Below are positions 55,899 through 64,000 of a DNA stretch of 64,000 nucleotides, in pieces. Made by a program: the position numbers and the translations under genes. Source of the stretch: Blastocystis sp. Blastoise (lineage: Eukaryota > Protista > Bigyra: Opalinata); the NCBI GenBank assembly GCA_039096225.1, contig JBBPEB010000009.1, forward strand, positions 62,001-126,000. Direction: 5' to 3'. Position 1 is the first letter of the stretch. The number at the start of each line of letters is the position of its first letter. The notes beneath the pieces were generated by a model. It searched no databases. It was not told the DNA's origin and saw only the letters and a list, made by a program, of their open reading frames with translations.

Positions 55899-57301
55899 AT
55901 GTCTGAAATTAAGAGTTACATTGAAGTTAGCCCATCAAAACGTCTTGTTTTTAATCTGAGTCATGGATCACATTCTACTACTTCTCTTGCTTTAAACAAT
56001 ATTTGTAGTTCATCTATTCTTATAAAAATCAAGTCAAATCAAAGAGCACGTTATTCTGTGAAACCAAATCAATTTGTTCTTAAAAGCACTGAATCAAGAG
56101 TTGTTGAATTCACAATTAAAAAAGATGTTGTCGATGAATTATTAAATGAAGCTCAATCAACAAATTCTCCCATTCCTATCAAAGATAAATTTCAAATATT
56201 GTCATTAGTTATCAGTGAAAAAATGGAAAATGAATTAAAGAATGTTGCTGATAATACTGCTTCCATTGAGATTATGAATAGAAGAGTATTTTTAGATTTA
56301 TTATATTTATTAGGGTTATGTTGTTTGTTTTTGTTTATATTTATTATGTTGTTTGTTTATGTTTATATGTATTTGTTTATTATTATGTTTATTTTTATTA
56401 TTATATTTATTATATATACATACTTAATATATAGTGGAAACTCGCTAATGATAATGAACAACGATCAGATATCGTGGCTGTAGACTATACTTATATCCCT
56501 ATATATATATATATTATTATTATTATTATATCTAAGATATTATTATTATATTTTCTTTAATTTATATACATCCAGATAGTTTCTTCAGTGTATATATTTA
56601 TATTATTATTCTATTTATATTATTATTCTATTTATCTTATTATTCTATTTATCTTATTATTCTATTTATCTTATTTATTATATACACATATATATTATTA
56701 CCCTATATATAGGAACCTATGAAAGATAATACTGTATATATATTACTATGTATATATATTACTATATATATATAGTATGAGATTCCTCAAGTTCATGAAG
56801 TAACAGAGAATCAAAGCCAAGAAATTGAAACATTAAATTCGTCTCTTCTTCTTCTCAAGAAACAAAATGATGAATTAACTGTAATAAATCATTCGCTTGA
56901 GGACAATATGAAGAAGTTACAAGAATCCTATGAAAAGAAAATCGATGAAATTGAATATCTTAAAGAATCTCTCAAAAACTTAAAGGTATTTATATATTTA
57001 TTATTCTATTCATTATTATTTATTCTCTATTATTATTTATTCTATTTATTATTATTTAGTCTATGTATTATTATATATTTATTATTCTTATTATTTCCTA
57101 TCACTGTGTATACCTACTTATATATAGGATTCATCGATAGTTCAGTCTGAAGAAGAAACTAAAGAGACAATCAAAGAAGGAGGAGAAGGAGTAACTCAAG
57201 ATACTGTAGCTGTCCTTAAGAACAACTATATCAATATCTTAAATATTATTGTCCTTCTTTTCGCTATTATTATTGCTTATATTATAGGAAAACATCATTA
57301 A
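55899..57301 (+). CDS. VAP: VAP (VAMP-associated protein): MSP domain, coiled coil, C-terminal TM; contains an AT-AC intron
   Basis: IKIKSNQRARYSVKPN and KDKFQI MSP motifs; C-terminal ILNIIVLLFAIIIAYIIGKHH*. Confidence 0.85.
56493..56569 (+). other. U12-type (AT-AC) intron in VAP
   Basis: 5' ATATCCCT, branch TTCTTTAAT, 3' ATATAC; read-through hits TAA, splicing gives VDYT-Y-PDSFFS in frame with later exons. Confidence 0.8.
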
Positions 57302-58049
57302 TTTATATATATATAAAATGAACATAAAGTACTTTATAAATAGTTTTCTTTTTTTTTTTCTTTGTAAATAATATCTATTTTATTAAAATATATAAACTCT
57401 CCATTTTATTTATTGTTATTATCTTAAAATATATGACACTATTGGAAATATTCATCAACTTTTATATTTTTGATTTTATCTTCATCTTTATCATTCTAAA
57501 TTTTTAGTTTCTATTCTTTTTTTTTGTTTGAGTTTTGTTATATATAATATTAGTATTGTATTGATCATCGATGTTTTTATTTCATGATTTCACAGATATA
57601 TAAATCATTTTTTAAGTATTATGATCTTTTTTTTATAGTTTCACATATATAATTTATTATTCTTTTTATCTTATTTATATGAAAAATGAAATTTGATGTA
57701 TCGTCATACATTTAAAAAAACAAAACAAAAAACAGCAATATCATAAAAATGATTGTTTTTTGATTTGTTTCTTACACTAAGGAATATAAAAAAATATATT
57801 TATGGAAAAATGATAATGAATAAAATAAACATGAAAAAAAATATAAAAAAAAATAAGTGTACAATGATATATAATAGTATTAGTTATACATATGTATAAA
57901 ACAGTAATTAATAAATAGAATATACAAGCATATATATAAATATATATATATAGAGAAAAAGAAAAAAAAATATGTTAAGATAAAATGTAGTATAGAGATG
58001 AATGATATTAATAATAATAGTATGTGTATATATAGTTTCTTCTCTATAT

Positions 58050-59701
58050 TTACATTCCTTCCGGTTTATCCATAGGACGAGTACGTTTTCCGCCTAAAGG
58101 GTCGATATCGGGTCGAACTCTCTTATCCATAGATTTCATATTTCCCATGGGAATGGTGACAACAGGATTTGAATTTGATGGCATAAGAGGTGTATTTTGA
58201 GAATTCATCATGTTTTGAGAAGTAGTTTGAGGTGATGAATTCATTGTCATATTAACTTGTGATAGATCATGATGCATTGAAGGCACAGATAAATTATTCG
58301 ACATAGATTGGGGTATTTGAAGATGTTGAGATAGATTCATTTGATTCATTGTTTGCATCGATTGAATTGGATTGCCAAGAGAAAGAGGAATGGATTGAGA
58401 TTGAGAAGACATAGTAATCACGGGAATATGAGTTTGAATATGTTGAGTAACTTGAGGCATAGGTAACATATTAGGAGGCATATTACTCATATTCATATTA
58501 TTCATACTATTCATATTATTATTCATACTATTCATATTGTTCATAGCACTTAAAGCATTCATATTATTAATATTCATATTATTAATAGCATTGATAGCAT
58601 TCATATTATTGATATTCATATTATTAATAGCATTCAACGTATTTGCATTATTGTTACCCATATTCACAGGTAATTGGACAGATTGTATAGCCATTGGAAT
58701 ACTATTCTGCATATTCATAACATCTTCTTGTTTCTCCATATATTTCGACATCATCTTGGGAACCTTTGGAGTATCATTAGGAGATAACTATATTTTATAG
58801 TATATATATATTATATATTATATATTATAGTATATATTATAGTATATATTATAGTATATATTATATTATATTATATTAATTATCTAATACAAAAAAAAAA
58901 TATATATATATACAGATTTAAGTAATTCTTCATCTAATTTCATATCGACATCAGGTTCGTCGGGTTTCATGAGTCTCTTTCGAAGAGCTTCTTTGGAGGC
59001 TTTATTTCGAAGTAATTCATTGGCTGAACGACGTATAAAGCCGACGGTGTCTTCATTAATATCATTCACAGGTTTCTTGTAGAACACTAAACAAGCTTGA
59101 TTGATAAAATCTTGATAACGCTGAGATTTCATAATCACCTCATTTGGCATATTTAACCAATCTAAAATCAACTGCTTCTCATCATCTGAAGCATTCTTTG
59201 CAATAGACATTATCACTTTCTATAAGAATATCTTTTATTAATCTATAATTCATAGTTAAAAAAAAAGTCATAGAAGACTAATATAAAAAAAATAATATAT
59301 TGATCTATCAAGAACTATTTATTTAATATTATATCTATGTAATCTTTATTACAATAAGTAAAATAAAAATATTTATTTTTAAAACTTTTGTATACCTTAA
59401 CAGCTTGAGTATTGACGAGATCAATGGATACAGGTAAACCTAAATCTTTACCTAAACTTTTCAATGCTCTATCTAAATGGTCTCCATGAGAAGAAGGAAA
59501 GAGAGAACCTTGATATCTACGATTCTCAAAAGAAAAAGGATCGATGTTATCCTTCTCCATTTCAATAGGCAATAAATTATCTAACTCATGAAGTAAACCT
59601 TCCATGGAATTTATAGTGAGTACACCATAGAGTTTAGATCTCATCACATGATGAAAGACTGATCTCACAGGAACTCTCTTCTTTTGACTTTTATTAAGCA
59701 T
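58050..59701 (-). CDS. Hypothetical protein with N/M/Q-rich low-complexity C-terminus, 3 exons
   Basis: Three consecutive ORFs joined by GT-AG introns; basic NLS-like terminal KRVRP and KRTRP. Confidence 0.7.
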
Positions 59702-60270
59702 AGTGCCAAGAAGTATTTTTTAAATATAATTAAGGAAATAAGCAATTATGATATTTTTACAATTATTCAAATTCAATGGAAAGAAGAAATAAAAATAATG
59801 AAAAAACAAGCTACTTTTACCGTGAATAATTCTTTATCTTCACTCAATATTTCTACTATTTCCATTATTAAAACAAAGAAAATCAGAAATCATAAAATAG
59901 CATCACTTTACGTTTTCTTGATTTATCTAAGAATGGTTTTTTCATGGTTTTTATTTCCCGCCATTTATGACCGCTTGAGTGAATCGATATTCCCATAATT
60001 CTTTGATATATTTCACTGATATTTTCTTTATTTAGAAAAAGAGTTTGTTTGTCAATTGTGTTTTATTATTCTTTCTCTTTTATAAAAACCAAAAAAAGTT
60101 TCTTTTTTTTTATTCTCTCAATATCATAGTTTCTATTGTTATAGAAATATATTTTATTATATTTCAACCAAATTATTTCAAGAATAAAGTAAAAAAACAA
60201 AAAACAATGATTGTTAAAAAATATTGACTGGTGATGATTGATGATTTTCAGATATTCATATCATTAATAG

Positions 60271-62458
60271 TTATACATGGATATGGCTGTTATCATCTTT
60301 TCTTTTTCAATGATTTTAAGAAGAAATCTAAGAAACCAGAGTCCCAATTGAGGGGTTGAAAAGGTTTAGGACTTAATGAATTGAGAATTAAATCAAATTG
60401 TGGATCAATGTTTTCTGTTTCCATTGTAAACGTATTCACTAAGTCTTTCTTTATAGGAAGGATCTACGTATATTATTCATTTAATCATTATGATTATAAT
60501 TTTTAATCATAAAAACATAATATTTTTTATATGAAAAATACTTGATCAGAACAGGGTAGTTTGAATAGAATTCCAGATTTCGATAGACCTTCTGTTGAAA
60601 CCAATAAATAATACTCTTTTAATTTTGTTTTCATGTTTTTGGTATACATAAATAATGAGTATTGTCTTTCATATAGGTAATTTAAGCATTGATTAAATCT
60701 CAATGAATTCTTTTGACTCTGTTCATAGTCCATAGAATAATCTATATAAGCATATATTGAGCAAATCGGAATAATCAGTTTCTGATCAATATCATCATTG
60801 TGAATAACCTATCAATATATATAATATTAAAAATATTTATATTTTATAAAATTGAATGATGTATATTTATTTATATATTTATTTATATTTATATTTATAT
60901 TTATTATAAATTCTATATACACCTTGAATAGAGAGTGTTTTTAGTCCTTCATGTATTGTTGACATGTTAGTAAATGGAAGAAAAGGTTTTTCATATAAAC
61001 AACAAGGTAGAAGTAATATATCTAGTGACTATATATAGATACATAATAATATAATAATAATATTTGTAGGTATTCAATTCATTTTTTTTTTAGAATAATT
61101 CAATATATAAGTAAAAACAACTCTATATATCATCTTTATAACAATTATATTCATAATCTTAATAGCAATAACTCTTTATAAGTATATACATAATCTCCAT
61201 AAGCAGAAGGAAAAAGAAGAGAACCATGTAAATTAGGCAATGAATCAAATAATGAGTAGAATTCTCTATATATATGTGATAAATATTATTATTATTATTA
61301 TATTAATATTATTATATTTATATTATTATTAATATTATGAATATATTTATTATTATTAATAGTATATATACTGTTGAATCAGTTCTTCTTTTATATTCTG
61401 CAATGTTTGTATTGTAACAGTAGGATGTAAATTCGAATATTCTTTCCATCGTATTATCTATATAATACATATAATACTATGGATTATATATATATATTTA
61501 TTAAAAATCATATATATTACATTATATATATATTTTTATTTAAAAATCACATATATTACATTATATATATATATTTATTTAAAAATTACATATATTACAT
61601 TATAAATATATATTTATTAAAAATCACATATATTACATTATATATATATATTTATTTAAAAATTAAATATATTAGTTATATATATATATTTATTTATTAA
61701 AAATTACATATATTACATTATATATATACATTATCAGACATTGTAGATGTTGTTTGACATAATAAAACAACTCGGTTCATTATAAAATCTATATTGAATT
61801 GTTCGTAACTCTGTAAACATTCTTCTATTCCTTCATTTAATATATAATCATGAAATGTGAATAATGTAACAGAGGAAGATTTCAAACTATTCATTGATTT
61901 TATTTCCTTCTCACAAATACCAAAAGCACAAATTTCAAAACTTGTATTAAATACTTTAGTTAATGGTTCTATAGTATAGAATAATATCAAAGATAATAAA
62001 AATCATTCTTAGAAATATATATATACTTTGATAATACTGTTTTAAATTCGATAATTTTGATAAAATGTCACTAATTGTTTCTTTCTGAATGTTTCGTTGT
62101 TTGATCAAATTCCATATTCTATAGAAACACAATTTAAATTACATAGATGATAAAAATAATTAAAAATGAAATAACCATTTACTTCACATCATTCATAATG
62201 ATGACCGAAAAGGTTTTTATATTCTCCTTTGAAGAAAGAAATCCATGTGCAACTAAAAAAAAATTGAAATTAAATTGTGATTTAAAAGAAACATGAACAT
62301 ACTATAATGGATCAAATAATTCTCAATATTTGAACAATATCGATCAAAACAATCACTACTAACTGTTTCATAATTAACTAAACGAAGATCAATAATCTAG
62401 TATCAATACCATCATCACATGAGAACAATTATATAAATAAAAATACAAAGCAATCCAT
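60271..62458 (-). CDS. M1AP (meiosis 1 arrest protein)-like protein (about 10 exons)
   Basis: Spliced protein has collinear motifs I recall from M1AP: VTIQTLQN, LPCCLYEK, MDYEQSQKNSLRFNQCLNYLYER, YYLLVS, LFKLPCSDQILP, ILNSL..FQPL. Confidence 0.6.
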
Positions 62459-62918
62459 ATGCTAAAAGAATAGAGTGATTATGTATATATGTTTGGATTT
62501 GATTGGGATTTAATGTTTAAATAAATGGTAATAAAGAATATATATATATATTTATGTAAAAATTAAAAGAGGGAAATAATTATAATAACTTTTTTGACAG
62601 AAAAATAAGCATATTAAAAGATAGTATTCTAATATACAAATATATCATTAAGAAAATGAATCTTCTCGATAAAGCAGACAATATGAAGTGTATATAGATA
62701 ATTTATAATGAATTTTTAAAAAAAATAAGAAAAAAATAACATAATAAGAAAGCATACAATAAATAATTTATAATAAAAAACAAAATAAAAAGAATGCCAT
62801 TAAGATTATACATATATATATCAAATAAATAATACAAGGCACATAAAAATACAAAGTAGAGATATAATTGTATTCCATAAAGAAAACTCTTTAAAAAAAT
62901 AATAATAATAATTTTCCT

Positions 62919-64000
62919 TTAGTGTTCTACAAAGAGCATATAAGGGATAATGAGCCCAATAAACATGCATATCATTTGTAAAATAGAGAGTTGTTCCCCG
63001 AAATCATTCATAAGATGAGAAACACCAACGTGTACAAACGTCCCTGCACTAAAGGCAAAAAAATAAGGAATATAATAAGAATTAATAAAATTAGATTGAT
63101 AATAAGCAATTAATGCTGTTAATAACGCAGAAACTGGAGTACATATACTTAAAAGGAGAAGATAGAAGAAACCTAAAGAAGAAGAATATTATTATTATTA
63201 TTATTTATATAATTATTATTATGAATAATAGGAGAACAATAAGAAATAGTATATAGAGTAAAGAAGGGCTAATATGTAAATATAATATATACATATTAAT
63301 AATTTACATATATAAACACATTAACTAATAAATATATAATATATGTTAACGATTCATACAAATAAAAATAATAATATATATATACTTGACTTGAAAGTAA
63401 GTTTAGAAGCTTTTAGAAATGTACCAATTCCAAAACTAGAGGACATTTTATGTAACATCATAGCACCAAAGACTATAGTGACCGTATTTACGTTACCACT
63501 CATATAACTAGAAGCTAAGGAGATACCATCAAATATAGAATGTAATGCCAATCCATAAACTTTTGTACTTACATTATGAATAGTATGTCGAGGAGAATGC
63601 ATACCTTCATCTTTTTTATCAAGAGATTCACAATCAGCAGCTGTCTCTCCTGATTCATGAGAATGGCCATGAAATCTATGAGATAATGACTCAAATAATA
63701 TCATAACGAAAAAACCAAAGGATATTGCAAAACCTAACTTTTGAAAGGATGGAGCAAGAATATTATTACTTCCTTCACTTGAAGCACAATTACAAGCAGG
63801 CTCTAAAGATTCAGGAATTATAACACAAAAAGCTGTTCCTACAACAAGACCTGCACCAAAAGCAGTAAGCAAATAGGTTTGTTGCTTACTGACTCTTATC
63901 CATAAAGGAATAGAAGTTATGAAGAATGTCCATAAAAATATAATACAGCAGAAACCAATATATACAACATTAATAGAACGATCTAAGTGAATGGATGGCA
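62919..64000 (-). CDS. ZIP-family zinc transporter (ZIP9-like); start codon probably straddles the window end
   Basis: AFGAGLVVGTAFCVIIPE, His-rich loop, GLALHSIFDGISL, MMLHK, FSAGTFVHV; frame open to position 64000. Confidence 0.9.

Overview
Very AT-rich, intron-dense eukaryotic nuclear DNA. It is most consistent with an AT-rich Blastocystis-like stramenopile; this is inferred from the LARGE/GT49-like glycosyltransferase expansion and a stramenopile-type U1-C sequence. By manual splicing I can reconstruct about 20 protein-coding genes in the standard code: DIS3 (5' part), RP9/PAP-1, a tail-anchored coiled-coil protein, mitochondrial bL34, three GT49 paralogs, MAT1, a small tail-anchored protein, cohesin STAG/SCC3, UMP-CMP kinase, U1-C, a Nudix hydrolase, TIMELESS, CABLES, a GT61-like protein, VAP, an unknown N/M/Q-rich protein, an M1AP-like protein and a ZIP transporter. 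Most ORF-track entries are exon fragments or microsatellite artefacts. Main observations: (1) three AT-AC minor (U12-type) introns, in MAT1, CABLES and VAP, each needed to restore the reading frame; (2) introns made only of GT(AT)nAG; (3) a ~3.0 kb Helitron-like insertion inside a GT49 intron; (4) a probable homolog of the meiotic protein M1AP; (5) gene conversion and exact intron differences between GT49 paralogs; (6) a ~10 kb protein-gene-free block with spliced non-coding-looking units and extreme strand skew. All exon boundaries are manual predictions without transcript evidence.
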